Assembly: GCA_964016885.1 (NCBI GenBank)
Contig: OZ024743.1
Location: forward strand, 70,308,001-70,372,000
Source: Eledone cirrhosa
Taxonomy: Eukaryota
DNA length: 64,000 nt
Direction of reading: 5' to 3'
Made by a program: the position numbers and the translations under genes. Below the pieces are notes generated by a model that was not told where the DNA came from, did no database searches, and saw only the letters and a list, made by a program, of their open reading frames with translations. Positions 1 to 11,228 of the stretch are shown here, one piece after another; within the stretch, counting starts at the first letter, position 1; the number at the start of each line of letters is the position of its first letter.

Positions 1-642
1 TTCGTGGATTAGAGTTGTTCTACAGCGAGATTTTTCAACGGTTTAATATCCGGAAGTGGATATGGAATTAAGGGGAGCTAATGCGTAAGGGGAGGTAACT
101 AGCTCATTAAAATATTAAAATTATTTGCTCTAATAGACATTATATAGTGCCACAATTGAATCCCTTATACAAAATGTTAAATATTTATATTTAATTTTAA
201 ATACAGTCTACTCTCTCATAATATATTAAATGTTTCATTAGATTGTTATCTACCCATTATTAGGCAAGATATTGAATAATGTATAGCTGTTTACATGTTA
301 AATTAGATAAATCCCTTCTGTTAATGAATTAATCCTTTATATACAATGTTATTAATTTATACATTTAATTATAAATGTATATATAATTCATTGTCAGATA
401 TTACATTTAATGTCTATACATATTATATTATATTTCAATTACTGTATATATTATAAGTAATCTAAAGTATTTATATTATAAGGTGGTGACTAGATGTTTA
501 TTTCTAGAGTATAATGTTAGAGATAAATAGGATTTGTGTAGAGGAAAGAGCAGATCAAAGAGTGTGATGCTGTGGGGGAAGAAAAGTCTTAGAGGTGAAG
601 TGCTAATGGTGGTGATGAATTCAAATCTGACATTGTTATATA

Positions 643-2052
643 CTAGCGGCTAGGTTTAAAGCTATCGAATGAGTGTCGGTAGTGGTGTTGTCACGAGGAA
701 AACATCTCTGACTTTTTATTTAGGAGGTTTAGTTTCGAAAAGATTATAGTATGGGTCTCTAGAAGACAGAGGTTACAAAATGTATTCGGTGGTTTATACG
801 ATGCAGTCCTAGCTACTACTTCCCATTGAAGTGTATATGTTCTATTCATAGTTTTCAGACAGTGTATGTAGCTAGATAGTGAAGTGGAGTTAGCTAGATT
901 TTGTTTTTTTTTGAAAGATTGGAGGTGTGAGTTGTATCTTGTCTTGAAGTAGTTCGAAGTAGAGCCAATATATGTTTTAGAAGTGTTGTCTTTGTTGACC
1001 GTGCAGGAGTAAATGATTTCTTTGATTAAGCAATTATTACTTAATGGGCAAGTTCTATTTGATCTACAGTTACATTTATTTTGGATGTTATCTTGCCGGT
1101 TATTATGTTGTGTAGAAGTCTGGTTGTTATTGATTTCATTAGTGTTATTACTATTATTACTATTGCTACTAGGGTTTGTAGTTATTATGTTGTTCTGTAA
1201 GTTTACCTCCTGCTGTGTTTTAATTAGTTGGAAATAATTATTAATCTTCCTTTTATTACTACTAGCTATATGGTATGCTATGTTAGGTGTGGTAGAGTAA
1301 GAGATTTTAATGGTGTTTTTATTTATAAGATTATGGTATTTGTGGCCAGATGGGAAGTTTTTTTCTAGGATTGGGAAGAAAGTCTTGGGTAAGTTGGTAG
1401 AGACGTTTAGATTGAAAGGAGGATTGAAGAATGTTTTAGTTCTTCTTCTATTTTTATTTTTTGTAATATCTATTGAGGTATTTCTGTTTATAATATTATT
1501 GTGGTGTTTACTTTGGTGCGAGTTAAGTTTGATATTACCGTTCGTATTAGAGTAAGAGTGGCTAGTACTCTTATTATTTTTCCTCATGGCCATATTGTGA
1601 GAAATAATGCTGTAACTATGTGATTTTATAGGTAGGAATTCAATCCCATTTTTATGGCCTGATTTAGCTAATGCCTGATTATAGTATTGGAAATTATTGT
1701 TATATATGGTTTCGTTATATGATAGATTAGAGATTCTATTAGATATTCCTTTAGTGATTGAGTTTAATATGGATTTAGGGTGGTTAGACTTGGTATCCCA
1801 CATAAATTAGTTTTTCGTTAGGTTTATGAAAGGGTGTATATATTTTAGAGTCTAGGTAAAGGGTAGCATCAAGGAAGTTAACATTTTTAGTGTTTTTGTC
1901 TAAGGTGATACTTAAGTAGGAGTTTTTGAAAATGTTATGTAATAGTTTCCTAGTTCTTTCTATATTAAATTGTTTATAGTCTATAAGGAGTAGTGCATCA
2001 TCGCGGTATAAACCACCATTGAGGTAGAGTAGGTCCTTATTAATTTCATTAT
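643..2052 (-). pseudogene. PLE reverse transcriptase (C-terminal half) plus GIY-YIG endonuclease, frameshifted near 1800-1815, with in-frame TGA at 691-693
   Basis: ORF 691..1803 plus the upstream frame NEINKDLLYLNGGLYRDDALL...TPFHKPNEK. Reading through the TGA gives QHHYRHSFDSFKPSR up to TAG at 643-645. Confidence 0.85.
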
Positions 2053-2274
2053 TAGACTATTCTCTTGTATTACCTGTCGCATGTGCTTTCACTCTGTGCT
2101 TTTAATTTTAATTTTAATTTTAATCTTAATTTGAATTATTGTACAATTCTCGTATAATATATGTCGCATCCATTACACCATGTATATACTAAACTGTTGT
2201 TCACAACATCAATATATATGTATCTATATGATTTTTCAGTTGAATCAGAGGTTAATTATATGTACAAACATTGA

Positions 2275-2328
2275 TAATGCTCCGATTATTCCAAACTAAA
2301 GTTTGGAAGAAACAATTGTCAGCGATTA
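2275..2328 (+). ncRNA. Type I hammerhead-like motif with a mutated core
   Basis: gct CCGATTA ttccaaact-aa-agtttggaa GAAA caattg TC agc. Helices I and II and a palindromic helix III are present; the core differs from CTGANGA at two positions. Confidence 0.65.
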
Positions 2329-2454
2329 TATGATTTGAACATAAGTTTGATAATGGTGTATTATATATATATATATATGTGTGTATATATATAAAATAAA
2401 ATAAGTAATTCAAATATGTAAAATTTGGCTTCGTTTATTATAAATTATAAATTT

Positions 2455-2509
2455 ACTGCTATATATATTTCGGTGACAGCCATTATTGGCTGTGACATCT
2501 TCAGGCAGT
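2455..2509 (-). ncRNA. Type I hammerhead ribozyme (family A)
   Basis: Minus strand: actgc CTGAAGA tgtcacagcc-aataat-ggctgtcacc GAAA tatata TA gcagt. Confidence 0.85.
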
Positions 2510-3422
2510 CCCACATGTGAGCGTATATGGAATTATGTGTATGTGTGCATGTATGCGTGTGTTTGACTGTGTAGACGTAATATGGGAATGCACCTGAGCA
2601 TGTGTTTGTGCGTGTGTGCTTGCACCGGTGTGCATTGGCAAACATACACAGATATGTACTTTATCTTGAAATATGAATTGTATTCCTTTACACTTCTGGA
2701 TTTTGACACAGTTTTTTTTTGTATTTTTCACTCGACTTTTACCTCATTTGTTTTTAAAACGCACACATCTTTTGTTAGACTGTGTGGACGTAAATAGGTC
2801 AATGCATCGAACCTGTGTTTATACGTATGCACGCGCAACGGTGTGCGCTGACGGACAATAACACGTAGTACACTATGCTAGAATAAGAATTGTAATTTTT
2901 TACACTTCTCGAGTCTGACACACAGGTTTTTTATTTCAGTTTTTATTTCAGTTTATATTTTTCAAAGGTTTTGATATTGGTTGTAACTTACACGCATTCT
3001 TTATTTGTTCGGCATCCCCCACCACGTGAAATGGTGGCAGAATAGATGCCAGTCTACACACATAAATCCTTCAGACCATACCAGCAGCATACTAAAATTG
3101 ACCTGCTAGCTGACCTCTTAACACCACTACCACTACCAACACAGTGAAGGAGGTCAGCTGTACATAAACATTCTGACAAAAACAACTATAACAGGCTGAC
3201 CTGCCTCAGAAGAATTTCTATAGACTTTTGACTGAGGAGTCTCACAACTGACGAATGGGATACGTGCGTGTCCTATGACGCTGAAATTCGTTTGTTCTAA
3301 ACCATATGATTCCAGTTCCTCGGAAGACTAACAACACACCCAGGAACTGGACATATCGATGTATTGACAGAGTGAAACACACTTCAACAACATGTGTACA
3401 TGTCTTTTACACACCAATTCGG

Positions 3423-3477
3423 ACTGCCTGAAGAGGTCACAGCCAATAATGGCTGTCACCGAAATATATATAGCAGT
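3423..3477 (+). ncRNA. Type I hammerhead ribozyme (family A)
   Basis: actgc CTGAAGA ggtcacagcc-aataat-ggctgtcacc GAAA tatata TA gcagt. Full core, 5-bp helix I, palindromic minimal helix III. Confidence 0.9.
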
Positions 3478-3655
3478 AAATTTATAATTTATAATAAACG
3501 AAGCCAAATTTTACTTATTTGACTTACTTATTTTATTTTACATTACACCGGAGCAAACAAACCAACCTGCGTACTTCGTCGAGGGCTCCAATCTGCATAC
3601 TGAGGTATCGGTAAACAATCAACAAATACTTAAATTTATATATATATATATATAT

Positions 3656-3880
3656 ATATATTTATTAAAATAACAGATAAAAGTTTAAGCAAAGAATCGT
3701 TGCTTTCACCCTTAACGGAATCGTCTGAAGATCCCGTTAAGGGTGAAAGCAGCGATTCTTTGCTTAAACTTTAATCTGTTATTTTAATAAATATTTGCCC
3801 TACGGTTCTTATATATTTGATATATATTTATCCTTATCGAGCCCTCTTTGGATTTTAGTCTTCAAATTTATTATTATTAC
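3656..3880. mobile_element. Foldback PLE-type end (arms about 60 bp) with a minimal HHR-like motif at 3718-3758
   Basis: 3656-3720 mirrors 3731-3794. Motif: gaatcgt CTGAAGA tccc-gttaa-gggt GAAA gca gcgattc, with no NUH triplet. Flanked by (TA)n on both sides. Confidence 0.7.
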
Positions 3881-3902
3881 TATATATATATATATATATA
3901 TA

Positions 3903-4685
3903 TATAAAGAATTAGTATATCTAGTAACATATATATACACAGATGCATACTTATGTTACCAAATATATAGGTTTTGTCTTAGTAACTATGTGGTTCAATG
4001 CATGGGGTTGCAGAACAATAATATGAGAGACGTAAAATAAAAAAATTATAAAATTAACTTACTTAAATTTCACTATCTTTGGATAGTACGTTTAATCCCT
4101 TTCAGAAACTAATTAGTCGGGAGTGAAATTTAAGTAAGTAAGTTAATTTTATAATTTTCTTATTTTACGTCTCTCATTGTTCTGCAACCCCATGCATTGA
4201 ACCACATAGTTACTAAGACAAAACCTATATATTTGCTGACATAAGTATGCATCTGTGTATATATATGTTACTAGATATACTAATTCTTTATAATTATCTC
4301 CAAAATTATTTGTCGAGCAAAATTGGCTAAAACTGCTGCTATGGTATCAGTACGGCTGCTGTCTTACTAACAAACCACTATCCACTGATTGACCTCGATG
4401 TCACGTGATTGATTCTTTTGAATTTGCCACCGACGCAGTAGGCAGTGATTTTATCAATGGCTTGGAATTAGTCCTCGCTTTGCTTTTTCCATCCACTGAA
4501 TTATTTTTGTATAAGTTCCCTGTGTCCACGTATTGCCTGGAAACTTAGCTGAGAATAGACTTTCCTGATGACGAAAGGCTTCTCCGTGCTCTCTTCGGAT
4601 AGTACGTTTAATCCCTTTCAGAAACTAATTAGTTGGGAGTGAAATTTAAGTAAGTAAGTTAATTTTATAATTTTCTTATTTTACG

Positions 4686-4693
<8 letters not shown>
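3903..4693 (+). mobile_element. Non-coding HHR unit: inverted arm (3903-4075) plus a partial tandem with period about 517 bp
   Basis: 3903-4075 mirrors 4122-4292, and 4081-4176 recurs at 4597-4692. Both ends abut (TA)n. Confidence 0.8.
4559..4640 (+). ncRNA. Type I hammerhead ribozyme
   Basis: actttc CTGATGA c gaaagg...cctttc a GAAA ctaattag TT gggagt. The partial copy at about 4105-4125 reads GAAA ctaattag TC gggagt, with the canonical GUC. Confidence 0.8.
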
Positions 4694-4717
<24 letters not shown>

Positions 4718-4724
<7 letters not shown>

Positions 4725-5078
4725 TAAAAGGAATTCCAGCTTTGTCTGATTTACTCGTTTTATTTACAATCCTTTAAAATTATAATGAAATAGTATCGTA
4801 GAATATTAAATGTTAAATATTAAGTGTTAATTGAACAAGTAGTTTCATGCTTTCGCAATCTTCAGGTTCGTATTAAGTGGTGACAGGCAAGTTTGCAATT
4901 TTCAACTGTCACTACTGAATAAGAACCTGAAGATTGCGAAAGCATAAAACTACTTGTGTAATTAACACTTAACATTTAATATTCTACCATACTATTTCAT
5001 TATAATATCATTATAATTTTAAAGGATTGTAAATAAAACGAGTAAATCAGACAAAGCTGGAATTCCTTTTATTAATAT
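4718..5078. mobile_element. Foldback made of two 3' ends of the Neptune-like PLE seen at 40198-41300
   Basis: Inverted arms of about 165 bp between (TA)n tracts. The left arm is near-identical to 40198-40388. Confidence 0.85.
4833..4869 (-). ncRNA. Minimal type I hammerhead motif (mirror copy at 4923-4960 has GAAA changed to AAAA)
   Basis: Minus strand: gaac CTGAAGA t tgc-gaaa-gca t GAAA ctac TT gttc. Confidence 0.7.
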
Positions 5079-5140
5079 AATCTTCTATACACAATCATAC
5101 ATACCAGTGTGTATATATACACACACATACACACACACAT

Positions 5141-5344
<204 letters not shown>

Positions 5345-5509
5345 GGGATAACAAATTGTTATAGGTAGTCCACTTAGATGTAGTCCGGTTAGGGTGCTCC
5401 GAGCAGCGGATATTACTAACGATTGGCTAAGTTTGACGCAACAAGACATTTCCATAGTGATGCTGGGGGTACGCGGTGATTTCTATGTAGTTTACATTTG
5501 GAGTAATAA

Positions 5510-5895
5510 TAAATCAAGAAAGAAGAGTGACATGGTTTTCGATACAATAAGGGCTTTATTCACATTGCTGACAATTGTTTCTCTGAACTGGTAGGTCTAA
5601 AGATCGCTACCCGCCTGTTTTTGCGTCAATCGATCACCAATACTTTGTTATAACCAGTCTATTCATCAGAGCATGCGAGAATGAAGGATATACACAGGCA
5701 AGGCTTCTATATATAGTAGTGGCATTAAATCAGAACAATAATAACGATACTCAAATAAATTAGCTAGATAGTAAATAGTTAAAACAATCACAACATCAAT
5801 CTAAGTAAGAAATAGAGTATACTGATGACTTTATCATATAAAACGAACTGATACGAAACAGATGTATGAAATTGTCATCTGAAAGCTGTCGTGGG
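5510..5895 (-). mobile_element. 3' end/pLTR of the Naiad-like PLE family seen at 58350-60320
   Basis: The reverse complement aligns by eye with about 59950-60320 (gaaacaattgtcagcaatg, gtcactcttctttc, gactggttataac). Confidence 0.8.
5566..5673 (-). ncRNA. Type I hammerhead ribozyme with an extended helix II
   Basis: Minus strand: tgct CTGATGA atagactggt...(about 60 nt)...accagttcaga GAAA caattg TC agca. Confidence 0.85.
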
Positions 5896-5907
5896 GTACA
5901 TTATATA

Positions 5908-6176
5908 TAGAATCCCCAGTCACTGAGGTGGTCATAGAATGTGTGACGAAAGAGCTTTGACAATGTGTGAACAATCGTCTGGTTGTGGAGCCAACCAACC
6001 AACCGGAAATTTGTAAATTCCTAAATTTGTAAATTTAATTAATAATAAATTGAAGTGAAAGCAACTGGTGCGCGTGTTCCTTATTGGCAACATGACCCTC
6101 CCAAAGCATAACAATATCGGTTTCAACACACGTTTTCAGATAAAGAATCTTGCTAAACAAATTCAGAAACAAAATA
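5908..6176 (+). mobile_element. Solo 3' end/pLTR of the PLE at 42166-44985, with a degenerate HHR at 5919-5961
   Basis: Near-identical to 44722-44985. Motif: gtca CTGAGGT g gtcata-gaatg-tgtgac GAAA gagc TT tgac. Ends in (TA)n. Confidence 0.85.
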
Positions 6177-6178
6177 TA

Positions 6179-6275
<97 letters not shown>

Positions 6276-6427
6276 TGTAATAAACAACATAAGGCAATAA
6301 ACAACATTACTTTATTTCATAACTATTAAGCTCTGTTACCTACATAGAGCACTCTTTTTTCCTGGACTTTTCCGACGGAATTACTTCATTCACACACATA
6401 TATATATATATATATATATACATATAC

Positions 6428-6471
<44 letters not shown>

Positions 6472-6523
6472 TGAGTACGATGAAGTTTCGTTCGCAGGTG
6501 TTTCGATTTTTATTGCGTATCAA

Positions 6524-6607
6524 CATGATACGCACGTTTCGCAGAAGGTTGCCTCGAGGTCACCCATAGAATTTATGGACCCAACTTTAGACAGCTCTTC
6601 AGACAGG
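6524..6607 (-). ncRNA. Hammerhead motif related to the 34343-34612 family
   Basis: Minus strand: cctgt CTGAAGA gc...gggtccataa...gc GAAA cgtgcg TA tcatg. It lies in an island of about 160 bp between (TA)n tracts. Confidence 0.65.
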
Positions 6608-6753
6608 CGAAGCGACAAAATATATACTGTTATATATATATATCTTGTGACCTATCTATTTCAATGTCATTTTACAAACACTACTGTTCACCCTATATAA
6701 ACATATATACAAATACATAAACATACCTGAATATCTATCTATCTGTCCATCAA

Positions 6754-6826
<73 letters not shown>

Positions 6827-6828
<2 letters not shown>

Positions 6829-7965
6829 CGAAGGAAATGTGGTAAGGAACTAGGTGGACCATAAGGCACCAAAGTACTCAATACTTGATGTAGTAGAGTG
6901 GGTAATAGGAACCAGTAAGACCCCGACAGCTGAGCTCAAGCCGTTTCGACGGCTAGTTCTGGACTAAATGAAAATTTATCCTGGTATTTAAATAACCGAT
7001 CTTCTCAAGGGGTAATTCCATATATGGTCAAAATGATTGTCAAAAATCAGTAGTAATTCTGTGGTTGCAAATTAGTAGGGGAGATGGTGGCTAAACCTGC
7101 CAGTAGGAGAAAGAGGGGAGGGGGTGGAGTAGCCCCAATCAAGCGATTGTAGTGCCAGCTACAGCTGGGCATGAGGTGAAAGAAGATACAGGGGAGGGGG
7201 AGGGGGAGGAAGTCGGAACGGTAGGGAGAACAATGGGGGTAGAAATATAGGAAAGAAAAAATACTGAGAGTGAAAAAAGCAAATAAGTGTAAAGAAAAAC
7301 TGATGAGTGTAAAGAAAAAAGTAAAGTAAATTAAATTCTACGACCTAGGTCTCAGGCTATTGTTAGGCTAGAATAAATAAATAAAGAAAGAAGTAAAGAA
7401 AGAAATAAAGAAATAACGAAATAAGTAAAAGAACTAGGTGGGACGGAATAGGCGAGGACCCTTTTAAGAGGTATAAGTACGTAAATGATACGGTGACGGG
7501 TCAACAAAAGGGGCCAACATACTAAAGAGACTACCACGAAATAAACAATAAAGGTTTCCATCCCGGGCACAATTCCAGGAACCACCCAGTGCAGCAGAGT
7601 GAACTAATACGAGATAATAATTCTGAGTCCCGAGCAAAATATATACTAATGCTAACTCTAAAAGATCTAAAACAAGCTACATGAAAGTTCGTACGAAGTA
7701 AAGGTAGAATACGGAAGAATAAATTCAGAATCCACCCCGCCCAAAAGAAAAGCGAAGAAAGAAATACTGAAACGAAAAAATAAGGCATAAGTGCCACTAA
7801 GAAATATAGAGGGCACAGAGAATAGTGGGAGCGGTCGGAAAAAGGGGACAAGTATCCGGGGTCTAAACCAACTGCTATAAAGGGCGGAGTCCGCCAAATC
7901 TATCCTAGACTAGGGGAGGGGGTGGGGGTACTAAGGCTACAAGGGGCCAAAGGGCAGCCTCGGGT
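6827..7965 (-). mobile_element. Non-coding repeat, probably a PLE 3' UTR; its terminal 140 bp recurs at 45739-45876 and 60846-61044
   Basis: Shared block gtggaccataa.gcacc...gtagtagagtgggtaatagg...gctgagct...ccgtttcgac.gcta. Bounded by (TA)n. Only the GAAA half of an HHR is recognisable. Confidence 0.55.
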
Positions 7966-7966
7966 A

Positions 7967-8149
<183 letters not shown>

Positions 8150-8189
8150 TACTTTACCAACAATTAACAAGATTTGATTATAATATATT

Positions 8190-8378
8190 GGTGGATTGGC
8201 AGTATCGGTAGAGGGCCGGACGCCATGCTTTGACGCATAGAGTTACGGCCCTTGCCATTCTGAGTTCAAATCCCGCCGAGGTTAACTTTGCTTTTCATCC
8301 TTATCGGGTCGATAAAATAAACTGCCAGTAATGTACTGGTAATTGCTGGCTTTGTGCCAAAAGTAGAAATAATTATTG
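8190..8378 (+). mobile_element. tRNA-derived SINE (the most abundant family in this window)
   Basis: A-box-like TGGCAGTATCGG, B-box-like GAGTTCAAATCCC, conserved central block gttaactttgc.tttcatcctta.ggggtcgataaaataaa, and an ATT-rich tail. Confidence 0.85.
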
Positions 8379-8669
8379 TAGTAATCTGGAATGTGGCAAC
8401 TATATTTTCAAATTCCACATTTTACAGTGCTTCGTCAGTCAACTAAATCCTATATATCCATGAATTGGGGCGGGGGGGGGGAGAGAAAGAGAGTGAAGGG
8501 AGAGAAAGAGACGAATTGAAAGGGGGAGGGGGTGGAGAAGCAGCACATTTCAGCCGCGTATATATATATGCGAAATTCTGTCTCTTTTCGTCTGTTAGAA
8601 GTTGTTTCTATGTACAGATGGATACAGATTTATATATATATATATATATATATACACATACATATATAT

Positions 8670-8701
<32 letters not shown>

Positions 8702-9134
8702 ACAGACATACATATATGTATATTAACATTTATATAGATATTACTATATATGTATATATATGTGTGTGTGTGTGTGTGTCTGTGTGTGTGTAAGTGTGTA
8801 TATGTATGTATTCATGTGTGAGTGTATATGATCTGAAAACGTAATGAAATGTCTATAAATTAGCTTTTCCGTTACATTGGCTGTCCAGCCATGATGGTCA
8901 AATAACGCAAACATTTGGAAAATAGCAATATAGTCTATTTCCACTTCCGGGTTTTGAAGAATCACCGGATGTAGGCATATAACAATTACTACTCTGTAAT
9001 TGCTGCTATTTTTCATGGCTGTCTTTGTCTATGTGTGTATATATCTGTATATGTGTCTATAGGTGTATGGTTCATATCTGTGTGTTTGAGTGTTCGTGTG
9101 TATGAACGTCTGGAAAGTATTTTATATATTAATA

Positions 9135-9890
9135 CATATAAATGTATATGTATGTTTGTATGTACGTATATATGTGCATGTACGTGTGTATGTATGTACG
9201 TGTGTATGTATGTACGTATGTACATATGTATGCATGTATGTATGTACGTATGTATATACGTAAGTATGTATGTATGTACGTAACTTTGTATGTACGTATG
9301 TATGTACGTACGTCTGTATGTATGTACTTATGTATGTATGTATGTATGTACGTAAGTATGTATGTATGTATGTACGTATGTATGAACGTAAGTATGTATG
9401 TATGTATGTATGTACGTACGTATGTATGTACGTATGTATGTATGTACGTATGTATGTACGGACGTATGTACGGACGTATGTATGTACTTATGTATGTACG
9501 TAAGTATGTATGTATGTATGTATGTCTGAACACATGTTGCATATACGTTATATCATTGTTACGTAAACAATTATATATTCATATATATATAAATTATTTG
9601 TTTATATATATATGTGTGTGTGTGAGTGTGTGTGTGTGTGTGTGCATGTGAGAGAGAGAGTGTATGTGGTTGTGAGGGAGAGATTGAGTGTGTGTGTATG
9701 CTTGTGAGAGAGAGAGTGTGTGTGTCTGAGAGAGAGAGAGAAAGAGTGTGTGTGTGTGTGTGCATTTGAGAGAGAGTGTGTGTGAGTGCATGTGAGAGAG
9801 AGTGTGTGTGTGAGAGATTGAGAGAGTGTGTGTGTTTGTGTGAGTGTGTGTTTGTGTGTGTGTGCGTGTCAGTATGTGAGGGAGAGAGAC
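9135..9890. repeat. Degenerate (TATG/TACG)n followed by compound (TG)n/(AG)n microsatellite
   Basis: Seen directly in the sequence. Confidence 0.9.
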
Positions 9891-10145
9891 TGGGTGTACG
9901 TAACTTTGCGTACGTGTACAAACAAATGATAAAAGCACTCAATACATTATAGAGTATATATATCTATAGTATTGAGGTAATGTCTGACATAGACGATACT
10001 CAGAATTTCATAGACACGATAATACGTGTTTGACCAGGCTGTTGTCCACGCTGAGTCACAGCTATTATCTTATTTATCTTCTGCGTGTTTTCCAGTCTGA
10101 AATTTCAGGTAAAGAGTGTACATAAGCTATTAACTGTCTACTCCT

Positions 10146-10211
<66 letters not shown>

Positions 10212-10214
<3 letters not shown>

Positions 10215-10416
10215 TGGTTACACAACAGTTAGTTCACCATACCGGGAACAATTGTTTCACCTTAGCGGATCCTCAGCTCGTGATGGACGATCCGCTAAGG
10301 TGAAACAATTGTTCTCGGTATGATGAACTAACTGTTGTGTAACCACTTCTACCTAACTCGTCCCATGGACTGAGTGGTCTACCACTACGGATATTACCTT
10401 CCAGTGTTCTACCACT
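10212..10416. mobile_element. Foldback PLE-type end (arms about 60 bp) between (TA)n tracts
   Basis: 10212-10271 mirrors 10289-10348, followed by a single-copy tail of about 70 bp. Confidence 0.8.
10243..10280 (-). ncRNA. Minimal type I hammerhead ribozyme
   Basis: Minus strand: cgag CTGAGGA tcc-gctaa-ggt GAAA caattg TT cccg. The other arm has ctcg, which restores helix I. Confidence 0.8.
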
Positions 10417-10559
10417 ATATATATATATTGATAAATATATATATACATATATACATATACCCACCCACCCCCACACTCACACACATATATATATATATAT
10501 ATTGATAAATATATATATATACATATATGTATATATTGATAAATATATATATATATATG

Positions 10560-10656
<97 letters not shown>

Positions 10657-10657
<1 letters not shown>

Positions 10658-11120
10658 AAATAAGTTATTCAAATATGTAAAATTTGGCTTCGTTTATTAT
10701 AAATTATAGATATACTGGTATATATATTTCGGTGACAGCCATCATTGGCAGTGACCTCTTCAGGCAGTCTAAATTGGTGTGGGAAAGTCAAATACACATG
10801 TTGTTGAAGTGTGTTTTACTCCGTCAATACATCGATATGTCCAGCTCCTGGTTGTGTTGTTATTTCTCTGAGGAACTGGAATCATATCATGTGTACCTGT
10901 CTTTCCCACACCAATTCGGACTGCCTGAAGAGGTCACAGCCAATGATGGGTGTCACCGAAATTTATATAACAGTATATCTATAATTTATAATAAACGAAG
11001 CCAAATTTTACCTATTTGACATAATTATTTTACATTACTCCGGAGTGAACAAACCAACCTGCGTACTTCGTCGAGTGCTCCAATCTGCATACTGAGTTGT
11101 CGGTAAACAACCAACATATA
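10657..11120. mobile_element. Second foldback of family A, with HHRs at 10714-10768 (-) and 10920-10974 (+)
   Basis: Homologous to about 3290-3630. Motif: actgc CTGAAGA ggtcacagcc-aatgat-gggtgtcacc GAAA tttata TA acagt. Confidence 0.85.
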
Positions 11121-11131
11121 CTAAAAAAAAA

Positions 11132-11179
<48 letters not shown>

Positions 11180-11228
11180 TTTACACACACGCATATATAT
11201 ATATACCTGATAAATATATATATATGTA

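Larger units (their letters stand above)
1..2362 (-). mobile_element. Naiad-like Penelope-like element, 5'-truncated, with an oppositely oriented HHR-bearing tail at about 2055-2362; the 3' UTR runs off the window start
   Basis: Minus-strand RT and GIY-YIG motifs (GGLYRDDALL, VNFLDATL, PFHKPN, SNHP, FFNPPF, CNC-x5-CPL-x3-C, YIGST, CNLCLLE, LLNKKSE). The plus-strand tail has an HHR motif and ends in (TA)n. Group assignment is from motif recall. Confidence 0.85.
2393..3636. mobile_element. Non-coding PLE-type unit (family A) with inverted HHR-bearing ends, between (TA)n tracts
   Basis: 2393-2512 is the reverse complement of about 3421-3540. The same family recurs at 10657-11120. Confidence 0.75.

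Noticed and set aside
400-645. SECIS element downstream of the TGA-containing Naiad ORF
   Set aside because: No AUGA/GA kink-turn stem with apical AA was visible by eye; a dedicated search is needed.
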